Shown here in pieces: positions 38,311 through 47,819 of a stretch of DNA of 64,000 bases. The number at the start of each line of letters is the position of its first letter. Position 1 is the first letter of the stretch. A program made the position numbers and the translations under genes. The notes beneath the pieces were generated by a model that saw only the letters and a list, made by a program, of their open reading frames with translations, made no database searches and was not told the origin of the DNA. Source of the stretch: an uncultured bacterium (GTDB taxonomy: Bacteria > Patescibacteriota > Minisyncoccia > Phycocordibacterales > GWA1-40-21); NCBI GenBank assembly GCA_903850545.1, contig CAINLW010000009.1, forward strand, positions 2,311 through 66,310. Reading direction: 5' to 3'.

Positions 38311-39747
38311 ATGAATAATAAAAACCAACAATCTGTAATTTTCTCCTGCAGTCATATTTCTAAAAAATTTGAATTGATAGAGGTCTTGAATGATATATCT
38401 TTTACTATATCTAAAAATGAAAAAGTTGGACTGGTTGGCCCCAATGGATCAGGAAAAAGCACGCTACTAAAAATAATCGCAAATTTGATGGAAAAAGATG
38501 GTGGTGTCGTCTCATATTCAAAACAAGTAAAGATTAAGTATCTTTCCCAAATCCACTTAGAAGAAGAAAAACTTAGTGGTGGGGAAATTGCAAAAAAAAT
38601 TCTTTTACCAATAATTTTATCAGATGCGGATTTATATATTTTAGATGAGCCGACAAACAATTTAGATACTGATGGTTTGTTTATGCTCGAAAATTTTATT
38701 AGTAAAAGCAGTAAAGCTTTTTTAATAATTTCACACGATAGAGCCTTTTTGGATAAAATTGTAACTAAAATTATAGAGATTGATGTTGTAACAAAATCAT
38801 CATCAATATATGCTGGAAATTATTCTGATTTCATAAAAGAACGAAAATTAAAAATTGAAAGACAATGGAAAGAATACGACGATAAAGTTGAAAAAACTGA
38901 AAAAATAAAGACTAATGTAAATTTACGTTCTGCTTGGTTAAAAAGAGTCGAATTAGAGAAAAATAGCGCAAAAAATCTACCAATTCACGAAAGAGAAAAG
39001 AAACCTTTAGATTTTCGCAATCCAGATGGAAAATCAGCTAAGCGCTTAAAAGTAATGAAAGACAGACTCGAGAGATACGAAAGCAATTCAAAAAACGTCA
39101 CAAAACCAAAATATAATTTACCACTTAAAATATGTTTTAAAAATGAACGGGGAAGTACAAGTGTTTTTGATTTAAAAATGGTAGAAAAGAAAATTGGCAG
39201 AAGAAAAATAGGACCTATTAATCTTCATATCCAGTATGGCGACAGAATCCATATCATTGGAAAAAATGGAACAGGAAAAACAACATTAATAAAAATGGTT
39301 GTCGGCGAATTGAAAGTTGATTCAGGAATTGTAAAACGAGGTGAAAATGTGGTTGTAGGATATATTCCACAAGAAAAATGGTTGGACAGACCAAATAATA
39401 AAGTTATATCTGAATTCTTAGACGTTACAAAAATATCAGAGACAAATGCTAGAAAAATTTTAAACAGGTTTAGAATAACTACTGAGGACGTAAATAAGCA
39501 CATTTCGTTAATTAGCCCTGGTGAATATTCAAGACTAATTATTGCGGAACTTATTGCAACAAATCCAAATTGTATAATTCTAGATGAACCAAGTAATCAT
39601 CTTGATCTTGAGGTTATTGAGGAATTAGAAAACGGACTTAGGGAATATAAAGGAACCCTTATCGTTGTAAGCCATGATAGATATTTCGTAGAAAAACTAA
39701 AACTTAATAAAGTTATCGATTTAGATAATAATTCAAAAAAAATATAG
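38311..39747 (+). CDS. ABC-F family ATPase (two tandem ABC domains, no transmembrane domain)
   Basis: Walker A GPNGSGKST and GKNGTGKTT. Signatures LSGGE / SPGE. Walker B ILDEPTNNLD / ILDEPSNHLD. Confidence 0.8.
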   Translation: MNNKNQQSVIFSCSHISKKFELIEVLNDISFTISKNEKVGLVGPNGSGKSTLLKIIANLMEKDGGVVSYSKQVKIKYLSQIHLEEEKLSGGEIAKKILLPIILSDADLYILDEPTNNLDTDGLFMLENFISKSSKAFLIISHDRAFLDKIVTKIIEIDVVTKSSSIYAGNYSDFIKERKLKIERQWKEYDDKVEKTEKIKTNVNLRSAWLKRVELEKNSAKNLPIHEREKKPLDFRNPDGKSAKRLKVMKDRLERYESNSKNVTKPKYNLPLKICFKNERGSTSVFDLKMVEKKIGRRKIGPINLHIQYGDRIHIIGKNGTGKTTLIKMVVGELKVDSGIVKRGENVVVGYIPQEKWLDRPNNKVISEFLDVTKISETNARKILNRFRITTEDVNKHISLISPGEYSRLIIAELIATNPNCIILDEPSNHLDLEVIEELENGLREYKGTLIVVSHDRYFVEKLKLNKVIDLDNNSKKI

Positions 39748-39786
39748 AAATAATTTCGCCATATTTTTATCTTTTATTATAATCAA

Positions 39787-40035
39787 ATGTATTACCTCTA
39801 TATTCTTAAATGCGCTGATAAAACCCTATATACTGGAATTACAACAGATTTGAAAAGAAGAATTTTTGAACATAATAATACAAAACTTGGTTCAAAATAT
39901 ACTTCTTCTCGAAGACCGGTAAAAATTGTTTACTTTAGAAAATATAAAAATAGATCACTTGCTTCAATAGATGAGGCTAGGATTAAAAAATTAACAAGGA
40001 AAGAAAAAACCAAGTTAATAAATAAGAAATTGTAG
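39787..40035 (+). CDS. GIY-YIG nuclease-domain small protein
   Basis: YYLYILKCADKTLYTGITTDLKRRIFEH. Confidence 0.65.
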   Translation: MYYLYILKCADKTLYTGITTDLKRRIFEHNNTKLGSKYTSSRRPVKIVYFRKYKNRSLASIDEARIKKLTRKEKTKLINKKL

Positions 40036-40108
40036 TTTTGTGTATTTCGCCACGTTGATAATAGTTACGTTACGTGCTACTTTTCTTCATGAACGTTTTG
40101 GGAGGAAA

Positions 40109-40382
40109 AATGAATATAATAGTTAAAGCGGTAACAAATGTCGGTATGAAAGTCACAGGAAAAAGGACTAACAAGCTACCGAAGATTCCGCAAGGGTGCG
40201 GGTTGGTTGCTGTAATACACAAAGGGTCCGAAGATGTGTTAGAAGACGTGACATATTTAGCAAAATATATGGGTTGTCACATAAAGGACTGCTGCGGAAC
40301 ACACAGGATGGACCTATACATTCTGTCACATTATCAGATGCGGTTGTGTGGTATAGGGCCATGCCAACACAGCAAGAGGTAG
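40109..40382 (+). CDS. Cysteine-rich 91-aa ORF in a GC-rich segment
   Basis: GGGAGG 6 nt before ATG. 8 Cys including CCGTH and CGIGPC. The terminator-like hairpin cgcgcc..ggcgcg lies 34-66 nt downstream. Confidence 0.3.
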
Positions 40383-40459
40383 TTGAGTCACCTAGAAGTA
40401 CTCGTGATCGTCGCGCCTGTATTTTAAGGCGCGGCGATTATTTTTTTATATTTTCTGAT

Positions 40460-40493
40460 AACATTCCGACATTCTGCAGAATGTCGGAATGTT
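40460..40493. promoter_or_regulatory. Perfect 34-bp palindrome 50 nt upstream of the U32 peptidase start; candidate operator
   Basis: aacattccgacattctg|cagaatgtcggaatgtt centred on CTGCAG. Confidence 0.5.
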
Positions 40494-40543
40494 ACTTTAA
40501 ATTAGCCTTTCTTTTATTCAAATATAATGATAAAAATATACTA

Positions 40544-41776
40544 ATGGCAAAATTAACAAACAAACCTGAGTTACTTTCACCAGTACAAGATTTTACATCA
40601 CTAACAGCAGCAATAGAAAATGGTGCCGATGCTGTTTTTTTTGGTATCAAAGGCTTTAATATGCGCGCTGGGGCAAAAAACTTCACTGTAAGTGATTTAC
40701 ATAAAATCGCAAAAACTGCTCACAAAAGTAATGTAAAAACTTATCTAGCTATAAATACTATTATTTTTGAAAATGAACTAAAAGAAGTTGAGAAAATTTT
40801 AATTAAAGTTAAAAAAGCCAAAATAGACGCTATTATCTGCTGGGATTTTGCAATTATACAAATTGCAAAGAAGTTAAAAATTGAAATTCATATTAGCACT
40901 CAAGCAAGTATTGCAAATTCGGAGACGGCAGAATTTTATCAGAAACTTGGTGCGACAAGAGTGGTACTAGCACGCGAGTGTTCACTTGAACAAATTAAAG
41001 AAATAAAGAAAAACACGAATGTTGAAATAGAAATCTTTATTCATGGTGCAATGTGCGTATCTGTTTCTGGAAGATGTTTTATGTCACAATTTTTGTATGG
41101 TAAATCAGCAAATCGAGGTGAATGCTTACAACCCTGCAGAAGAAAATATATTATTAAACAAATTGATGGAGGTGCTGAACTAGAACTTGGTGAAAATTAT
41201 GTCCTTAGTCCAAAGGATTTATGTACAATTGATTTTATAGAAAAAATAATTGATGTTGGCGTAAACTGCTTAAAAATTGAAGGAAGAAACAGAAGTCCTG
41301 AATATGTAGCAACAGTTACTAAAGCCTATCGAACAATTATTGATTTTATTTATTCAGCTAAAGTACGTGACGATAAATTCAAACAGGAATTAAAAAATCT
41401 AAAAAACAAATTATTCGAAGATTTGAATACTGTATATCATCGAGGTAGTAGCAGTGGTTTTTTCCTTGGAAAACCTATTAATGAGTGGACAAAAGATCCT
41501 GAAAGCCAGGCGACTCAAAAGAAAGTATATATTGGAAAAGTTTCAAACTATTATAAAAAAATTGGTGCAATTGAAACAACTATTCAAACAAATAATACAA
41601 TTAGAATTGGTGATACACTTATTATTCAAGGGCCCACAACTGGAAGCATAAAAGAAAAAATTATATCAATTGAAAAAAATCATTTACCTACCAAAATGGC
41701 AAAAAAGGGCGAAAAGATTGCATTTGGAATCAAATCTCTCGTTAGACAAAATGATCAGATATATTTAATTAAATAG
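40544..41776 (+). CDS. U32-family peptidase (collagenase-like / RlhA-TrhP family)
   Basis: Listed ORF trimmed to MAKLTNKPELLSPVQDF. E-x-F-x-H-G-A-M-C-x-S-x-S-G-R-C motif region IFIHGAMCVSVSGRCFMS. Confidence 0.75.
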   Translation: MAKLTNKPELLSPVQDFTSLTAAIENGADAVFFGIKGFNMRAGAKNFTVSDLHKIAKTAHKSNVKTYLAINTIIFENELKEVEKILIKVKKAKIDAIICWDFAIIQIAKKLKIEIHISTQASIANSETAEFYQKLGATRVVLARECSLEQIKEIKKNTNVEIEIFIHGAMCVSVSGRCFMSQFLYGKSANRGECLQPCRRKYIIKQIDGGAELELGENYVLSPKDLCTIDFIEKIIDVGVNCLKIEGRNRSPEYVATVTKAYRTIIDFIYSAKVRDDKFKQELKNLKNKLFEDLNTVYHRGSSSGFFLGKPINEWTKDPESQATQKKVYIGKVSNYYKKIGAIETTIQTNNTIRIGDTLIIQGPTTGSIKEKIISIEKNHLPTKMAKKGEKIAFGIKSLVRQNDQIYLIK

Positions 41777-41838
41777 TCACTGTCATAAATAGTAATAATT
41801 TGATAAAATAGACATACTGTTTTTATAATTATCAATAT

Positions 41839-42711
41839 ATGAAAGTCGAAGCAATACGTGAATACTTGGAAAAATTTAATCAAAATATTTACACCTCTGG
41901 TGAAACTGAATTTTGCTTTGCTCGAGATCTACAAGGATTGCTTGGATATAAAGACTGGAATAATTTCTTGAATGTTATAGGAAAAGCAAAAACTGCTTGC
42001 AACCATTCTGGAATTGATGTTGAGAAAAATTTTAATCCAACCGTCAGACTTGTGAATATTTCTACAAATGGTAGTAAAGATGTTGATGATTTTCTTTTGA
42101 CTAGATATGCTTGTTATTTAATTGCACAAAACGGAGATTCTTCAAAAGAACAAGTTGCTTTTGCAATGAGTTATTTTGCTGTTCAAGCTAGAAAACAAGA
42201 AATTTTAGTAAAGAAACTTGAAGAGTTTGAAAGATTGCAAGCGAGAAAAAAATTAGGCGAAACAGAAAAGCAATTATCCGGAGTTGTTTATGAAAGAGGG
42301 GTTGATGGCGGAGGATTTGCTGTCATTCGAAGCAGTGGAGATGAGGCATTGTTTGGGGGGAAAACTACCGCTGAAATGAAAAATAAATACAAAATTCCTC
42401 AATCAAGAGCATTGGCCGATTTTTTACCAACCATAACAATAAAAGCAAAAGAGTTCGCTGACGAAATTACTGTATTTAATGTAAAGAAAAGTGGGGGAAT
42501 GCGCGGAATAAATAGCATAAAAGAAGAGCATGTTAGAAATAATAGAGACGTGAGAGATCTTTTAAAAAACAGAGGGATTGTCCCAGAAAATTTGCCTCCG
42601 GAAGAAGATTTACAAAAAGTACAAAGAAGAATAAACTCTCAAGAAAAAGTTATTTTAAAAGAAGTAAAGGAAAATCCGGATCATCAAACAGACCAAACGG
42701 TACTAAATTAG
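41839..42711 (+). CDS. Hypothetical protein, possibly DinD/antirepressor-like
   Basis: 290 aa. Weak resemblance only. Confidence 0.3.
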   Translation: MKVEAIREYLEKFNQNIYTSGETEFCFARDLQGLLGYKDWNNFLNVIGKAKTACNHSGIDVEKNFNPTVRLVNISTNGSKDVDDFLLTRYACYLIAQNGDSSKEQVAFAMSYFAVQARKQEILVKKLEEFERLQARKKLGETEKQLSGVVYERGVDGGGFAVIRSSGDEALFGGKTTAEMKNKYKIPQSRALADFLPTITIKAKEFADEITVFNVKKSGGMRGINSIKEEHVRNNRDVRDLLKNRGIVPENLPPEEDLQKVQRRINSQEKVILKEVKENPDHQTDQTVLN

Positions 42712-42809
42712 TAATTGATAAAATTAAAATAAATGTTCTAGTATGAAATATAACGTATGAAATGATGTAGATCAACAAAATCTGCAATTATTATTAAATA
42801 CTTCAATAC

Positions 42810-42950
42810 AGAGCACACGAGGTATTAGCTATTATTATTTCTGTCTTTGCGAGCAAAGCGAAGCAATCCAGAATTACATACAATACAAACCTGGATTGCT
42901 TCGTGCCTCGCAAAGACAATACATAGAAGGTGGACCGATGCAGAGCATCG
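42810..42950. repeat. Dispersed hairpin repeat, copy B
   Basis: agagcacacgaggtatt..gtctttgcgagcaaagcgaagcaatccag (42843-42871) / ctggattgcttcgtgcctcgcaaagac (42891-42917)..accgatgcagagcatcg. Same orientation as copy A. The loop sequence differs. Confidence 0.7.
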
Positions 42951-42962
42951 GGGAATATCTAA

Positions 42963-43850
42963 TCATTTAAATAACTCCAAAAATTTTATAGGATCAATTG
43001 AAATATTATTTATCCGAACTGTTAGATGTAAATGTGGACCAATAACATAACCAGTGTCCCCAGAAATTCCTATCAGCTGGCCTTGTTGTACCAGTTCTCC
43101 GACATTAACTTTTATTTTTGATAGGTGCATGTAAAAAGTCATGACACCTTCTCCATGATCAATAACTATTGTTTTTCCATAAACTTGAAAAGTTTTAGCT
43201 ATACGCACGATACCTTTATTCATCGCCACAACCTTCGTACCAACATCTGCTTTAAGATCAACTCCTTTATGCGCTAAAGTATAAACTCCAGTTTGTCTTG
43301 AATAACCATATTCATCCGTAACTGTGTGATTTAAAATAGGATAAATAAATTTTTTGGACCAAAGTGGTTTTGCAAATGTTTTTATTACAGACAACACATT
43401 ATTTTCAATACTCAAAGTATTAATAACTTTTGTTTGATTTTCTGATGAATTGCCACCCAAATTTTCTGGCACCTCCATTGCAACTTGATATTTATTTCTT
43501 TCCTTTACGGTCAAAAATTGCTCGGATGAACTTCCATTTTTATAATCAAGTTTTATTTTGTAATCACCAATTTTTTTGTTTAAATCAATTCCTAGTAAAG
43601 CAGAGGGAATATTTTTGTATATAAAAAATTTTAAACTCTTATTATCAAAAGTTATTTTTTTTATATCGGACAATTTAACACCGGAAATTTGTATTAAAAC
43701 TGGCTCGCCTTGAAATACAGCATTTTTCGGAATAATGGAAATTGAGGCCATGGCATTTACATGTTGATTTTCAAATAGAAATAAAAAAAATATAAATAAT
43801 ATAACAAAACGATAACTTTTGTTCTTTTTGTCCAGGTTGAATATTTTCAT
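42963..43850 (-). CDS. Secreted M23-family (LytM-type) metallopeptidase
   Basis: Signal peptide. HxxxD and HxH motifs (YTLAHKGVDL .. GPHLHLTV). Confidence 0.75.
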   Translation of the reverse strand: MKIFNLDKKNKSYRFVILFIFFLFLFENQHVNAMASISIIPKNAVFQGEPVLIQISGVKLSDIKKITFDNKSLKFFIYKNIPSALLGIDLNKKIGDYKIKLDYKNGSSSEQFLTVKERNKYQVAMEVPENLGGNSSENQTKVINTLSIENNVLSVIKTFAKPLWSKKFIYPILNHTVTDEYGYSRQTGVYTLAHKGVDLKADVGTKVVAMNKGIVRIAKTFQVYGKTIVIDHGEGVMTFYMHLSKIKVNVGELVQQGQLIGISGDTGYVIGPHLHLTVRINNISIDPIKFLELFK

Positions 43851-43871
43851 AATTGATAGTATTATTATACT

Positions 43872-44282
43872 ATGAATAATAAAATTAAATTAGTAGTAGT
43901 CTTTATATTAGTAGCAATTTTGTCATATTGTTTGTTTGTAAAGTTTTTGGATGAAGACTCATGGATTTGTACAGAGGCAGGCTGGACGGAACACGGCAAG
44001 CCAGATTTTGCTAAACCAATTTTACCCTGTGGAGAAATTGAAGTAAAAAATGTTGTAGAAAATTATTTAAGAGAAAATATTTCAAACATTTCAACAACAA
44101 AAGAAGTTTTGGGAGGCAAATTTAGTATTACAAAATTAAATTGGGTTGGAAACAATTCCGGAATGATTGAATATGAAGATGGTCATATACTTTTAAAAGC
44201 ACTTTTTGATTACAAAATTGAACCTAGCAGTGATGTAAAAAATTATTCTGTTATTATAGAAAATTTCAAAGTGATAAAGTAA
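43872..44282 (+). CDS. Secreted/membrane-anchored hypothetical protein
   Basis: N-terminal hydrophobic segment. Confidence 0.4.
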   Translation: MNNKIKLVVVFILVAILSYCLFVKFLDEDSWICTEAGWTEHGKPDFAKPILPCGEIEVKNVVENYLRENISNISTTKEVLGGKFSITKLNWVGNNSGMIEYEDGHILLKALFDYKIEPSSDVKNYSVIIENFKVIK

Positions 44283-44293
44283 CGCTGATTACA

Positions 44294-44752
44294 ATGATAA
44301 ATAAATTTAAGGAACTTAGAGAAAATAATCCTCATTTTTATCAATTTACGACTTATCTACCAATAAGTATCATAACGACAGTAATAGACTTTGCAATTTT
44401 GAATGCACTGATACTTATTACTGGAAAAAGTGTTGGTTGGGAGTATTCAGTATTCGTAGCTGTCGCTTTTTTGATATCAATAATATGTGGTTATTTTATG
44501 AATAGGCGCTGGACTTTTGATATCATTCACGAAATAGAAATAGTGGAGTTTTATAAATATCTTTTTATTTATATTGTAAGCGCAATTGTAAGCACCTGTA
44601 TAGCTACTTTTTTAGTAAATATTGTGAGAGCACCAAAATGGACAACACCCATGATGTGGGCCAACATTTCTTTGGCACTTACAGTTTTTTTTAATATCCC
44701 TTGGAATTTTTTGTGTATGAAACATCTTGTTTTTAAAAAACACGATTGTTAA
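44294..44752 (+). CDS. GtrA-family small membrane protein
   Basis: 4 hydrophobic segments. RRWTF motif. Confidence 0.55.
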   Translation: MINKFKELRENNPHFYQFTTYLPISIITTVIDFAILNALILITGKSVGWEYSVFVAVAFLISIICGYFMNRRWTFDIIHEIEIVEFYKYLFIYIVSAIVSTCIATFLVNIVRAPKWTTPMMWANISLALTVFFNIPWNFLCMKHLVFKKHDC

Positions 44753-44901
44753 ATTTATTTATCAAATATTAATTTAATGTAAATTGTACTTCGAGAATTG
44801 GCTTTTCAATTTATTTTATGTTATAAACTGACGCAGGAATAAAAAGTGGTTTTGTGTGTTCTTTGGTAGTAAAACGCAGTTTATTTTAGAAGGAGGAGAA
44901 A

Positions 44902-45384
44902 ATGAAAAATAAAAGTACCGCGATTAACGTTGATGATATAGATGTTAAAATTCTGCTGGCAGTTTTTGAGCGCGAGTGCATTCTTAACAGATTGCCGCTC
45001 CGTTTACCAGCAAATATTCCCGCCGAAGAAAAAACTTCTTTCTTCAAGCGGTTGCGGACAGAGCAGGATATCTTTTTACGTGATTTTTATAATAAACACA
45101 TCAGTGACAAAAAAGAATCGCCTGACAAAAAGCTGGAGGCTTACGTTATCGGCAAAAAAATTAAGGGGTCGAAAACAGGAAAGAACGAATGGACTCCTGC
45201 AAGCATTGACGCCCTCGCAAGAAAGAAGGGAAAGCTTCCCAAAGGATCAACCGATGGTATGACCAAGGCCGAGCTGAAGGAGTTCAAAAAGCTTCGGTGG
45301 AATTATAAATACGGAAAACGCCCCGTTACAAAAAAAGGAAAAGGGCGCGGTCAGTCCTCAGGGGCTGAATTGGAGGGCGATTGA
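44902..45384 (+). CDS. Hypothetical basic protein encoded by a higher-GC gene
   Basis: GAAGGAGGAG Shine-Dalgarno sequence. Lys/Gly-rich C-terminal tail. Confidence 0.45.
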   Translation: MKNKSTAINVDDIDVKILLAVFERECILNRLPLRLPANIPAEEKTSFFKRLRTEQDIFLRDFYNKHISDKKESPDKKLEAYVIGKKIKGSKTGKNEWTPASIDALARKKGKLPKGSTDGMTKAELKEFKKLRWNYKYGKRPVTKKGKGRGQSSGAELEGD

Positions 45385-45582
45385 AAAAAAAACAACTGAC
45401 TTTGTAACAACGGGAGGAAAACTTACATGGACAGATGTAGAGTCCAAAATTGCTGCTACTAAAGCTGCTAAGGAGGCAGAAATAAGGTTAAAAGAAGAAA
45501 AGATAGCAGAATTAAGAAAAAGAACAGGACTCTCGGTGCATGAAGCACCAGAAAGCAGGTAAGTAGACAGTAGTAAATATCA

Positions 45583-45620
45583 GCCCCGCCCGGAGTAATC
45601 TGGGCGGGGCTTTCAACTTT
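45583..45620 (+). terminator. GC-rich hairpin terminator
   Basis: gccccgccc..gggcggggc followed by TTTC. Confidence 0.45.
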
Positions 45621-45657
45621 ATATAATTAGTTTTGAACTCTGTCTTTGAAATTAAAG

Positions 45658-45695
45658 ACGACCGAGCTCCCCTGGGAGCTCGGTCGTATTTTTGT
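45658..45695. terminator. Bidirectional terminator (perfect 14-bp stem) between convergent genes
   Basis: acgaccgagctccc-ct-gggagctcggtcgt. T-run downstream on the plus strand and A-rich upstream. Confidence 0.6.
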
Positions 45696-45704
45696 GCTGA
45701 GAGT

Positions 45705-46157
45705 TCAGCGCGGAATCGACACTACTGTGATACCAGCAAAAGTATATTTCTTCGGCATCACTACAATTTTCCATCCTTCGCGAAGGCCGATGCCGCCACC
45801 ATGTGAGAACTTGACTTTGTTTTCTGGTGATAAGGTTGCTTCAACATCGGCCCAGAAAAGGTCGTCGACGGCATTAGCGAAGTCACATTCGACCATCGTT
45901 CGTCCCAAATTTTGGCACTTGGGACAGGTGAGCGAGTCGCCTGTGGTCGAGCAGTCAACCATCTCGTTGTGTTCACCAGCCATCTTGTTGTACGAGTCTA
46001 TGGTGTTGTTTTTGAAGGCGTAGAACTTTTGAAGTTCAATGTCGGTTATCTGTCCTACTATCACCTCATTCGACCCCACCTTATCATTCGGACCTTTGAT
46101 ATCCTCAGGTTTTATAGCCGAAATTCCGTCACATAACCGCCTCAGTATCTTTGTCAT
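45705..46157 (-). CDS. Hypothetical protein with a CxxC motif, encoded by a higher-GC gene
   Basis: AAGGAGAG Shine-Dalgarno sequence 5 nt before ATG(46157). CPKC. Confidence 0.45.
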   Translation of the reverse strand: MTKILRRLCDGISAIKPEDIKGPNDKVGSNEVIVGQITDIELQKFYAFKNNTIDSYNKMAGEHNEMVDCSTTGDSLTCPKCQNLGRTMVECDFANAVDDLFWADVEATLSPENKVKFSHGGGIGLREGWKIVVMPKKYTFAGITVVSIPR

Positions 46158-46430
46158 TTATTCTCTCCTTGTGTACATTTTACAGGTTTTCAAAACCTGT
46201 TTCGTATCGGATGTTAATATAAAAAATGTTGTTTGTCAATCTACTTTGGTATGTCTAATATTCAAACAGAAAGTATATAATTAACGTAAATGATTATCAT
46301 GTTGACAATAATCATCATATAGACTATAATTAACTCAATTAAGAAGTAAGTTGATTTTTGTAAGGATTAGTCGTCTTTCGTTTCAAGTGAGGTCTTAAGG
46401 ATTTATTAAGTGTGCGTAATTTATAATTGA

Positions 46431-46697
46431 ATGAAAAAATTATATGTAGGTGGTGTTTCTTATAGCACTACAGAGCAAGCTTTATCAGACGCTTTTTCAA
46501 AAGCAGGAGAAGTCGCATCAGTTGCTATCATCATGGACAAAATGACTGGTAGATCAAAAGGATTCGGTTTCGTTGAAATGGTAACCGAAGAAGGTGCAAA
46601 AGCAGCCATAGAAATGTGGAATGGTAAAGAACTTGACGGCAGAAAATTGACCGTTAACGAAGCAAGACCAAGAGAAGAGAGACCAGCAAGATACTAA
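46431..46697 (+). CDS. RRM-domain RNA-binding protein
   Basis: RNP-2 LYVGGV and RNP-1 KGFGFVEM. Confidence 0.75.
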   Translation: MKKLYVGGVSYSTTEQALSDAFSKAGEVASVAIIMDKMTGRSKGFGFVEMVTEEGAKAAIEMWNGKELDGRKLTVNEARPREERPARY

Positions 46698-46712
46698 TCT
46701 CAAACTAGCTTT

Positions 46713-46746
46713 AAAAAAAGACCCGCGCAAGCGGGTCTTTTTGTTT
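46713..46746 (+). terminator. Rho-independent terminator
   Basis: agacccgc-gcaa-gcgggtct followed by T5. Confidence 0.7.
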
Positions 46747-46756
46747 GTTTTTTATA

Positions 46757-47314
46757 CTATTCTAAAATAAATACGGCAGTAGCTATAGTTGTTGTCCAAA
46801 GTCCGTTTTTGTCTCCCTCAGCAGATTGACTAATGTTTGTTGTTTTAAAAATGTTTCCACTTGTTTTATAAATCTGTTCTCTTTCTTCCCAAGCTTGATT
46901 TGGATCAAATGAAATACCTAAAGTTGTAGCAAGCATTGTGGCAGCTAAATCTTCTGCATATTCACCAGCAATTTCTCCTTTTTCTCCATAAGCATGATGT
47001 TCAGATAAATACCCATAACCATTTTTTTCTGAAGGAATAGCCAAACCTATAGCAGAAGAAACAAGGCGATTTGGCTCGCTAGTCTCACTTCTTGCCATAA
47101 CACAAAAGGTAATTTGTCCCGGTTTAAGATATTTTAAACCTTCATCTTTTGAGATTATTTTGCATTCTGGAGGGAAAATACTTGAAACATAAACAAGATT
47201 ACATCCTTCTATACCAGCGCTTCTGAGAGCCAACTCAAACGACGCAAGTTTGTCTTTGTGTACACCAACACCTTTTGTCAAAAAGACTTTTTTAGGAACC
47301 ATTGTGTCTAACAT
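46757..47314 (-). CDS. pdaD: Pyruvoyl-dependent arginine decarboxylase
   Basis: [32 protein letters not shown] (Ser-Ser self-cleavage site). Confidence 0.6.
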   Translation of the reverse strand: MLDTMVPKKVFLTKGVGVHKDKLASFELALRSAGIEGCNLVYVSSIFPPECKIISKDEGLKYLKPGQITFCVMARSETSEPNRLVSSAIGLAIPSEKNGYGYLSEHHAYGEKGEIAGEYAEDLAATMLATTLGISFDPNQAWEEREQIYKTSGNIFKTTNISQSAEGDKNGLWTTTIATAVFILE

Positions 47315-47434
47315 ATATTTATTATAATTTTTTATATCAACTGATTAAGCGACAGTTTAGCTTTAATTTATATTATTTATTTTAGCTTTGGCCATTATAA
47401 AGTAGAATATAATTAAATACAAGGTTTTTTGATA

Positions 47435-47455
47435 ATTATTATTATTATTATTATT
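47435..47455. repeat. (ATT)7 trinucleotide microsatellite in the pdaD upstream region
   Basis: attattattattattattatt. Confidence 0.8.
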
Positions 47456-47585
47456 TATTCACAAATTATATATTAGTTAAAAAAAATTTTTATGGTTTGT
47501 ATTAAAAAATAATATTATATATAAAACATAAAGAGCCATATCGTTGGCTCTCGGTACGTCCGCTTGCGAGAATAATTATTATATT

Positions 47586-47819
47586 TTATTTATTTTCGTT
47601 CTCCTTTAAGAATTTTGCCCCTGCTTCAGTGATTTTGAAAAGTTTTTCTTCTTTTGTCACCAGCCCCTTCCTAACGAGGTGCTGAACACCAGTTGCGACC
47701 ATATACCTGCCATGAGCTATGGAAATTTTTTGTTGCTTACAAACAGCATCAATAATTTCCTCATTGGTGGCGCCATGCCGTTTTACCGCATCCAAAACCT
47801 TTAATATATTTATTCCCAT
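47586..47819 (-). CDS. Small hypothetical protein, possible winged-helix
   Basis: GGGAGGG Shine-Dalgarno sequence. 77 aa. Confidence 0.4.
   Translation of the reverse strand: MGINILKVLDAVKRHGATNEEIIDAVCKQQKISIAHGRYMVATGVQHLVRKGLVTKEEKLFKITEAGAKFLKENENK

Noticed and set aside
40196-40543. 116-codon upstream extension of the U32 peptidase ORF (MRVGCCNTQRVRR...)
   Set aside because: U32 family homology starts at MAKLTNKPE (40544). The extension runs through the GC-rich non-coding segment containing the hairpin and the 34-bp palindrome, and is Arg/Cys-rich nonsense.
45427-45462. 11-aa ORF MDRCRVQNCCY after a GGGAGG Shine-Dalgarno sequence
   Set aside because: Too short to support. Noted only in the context of the start-less open frame.
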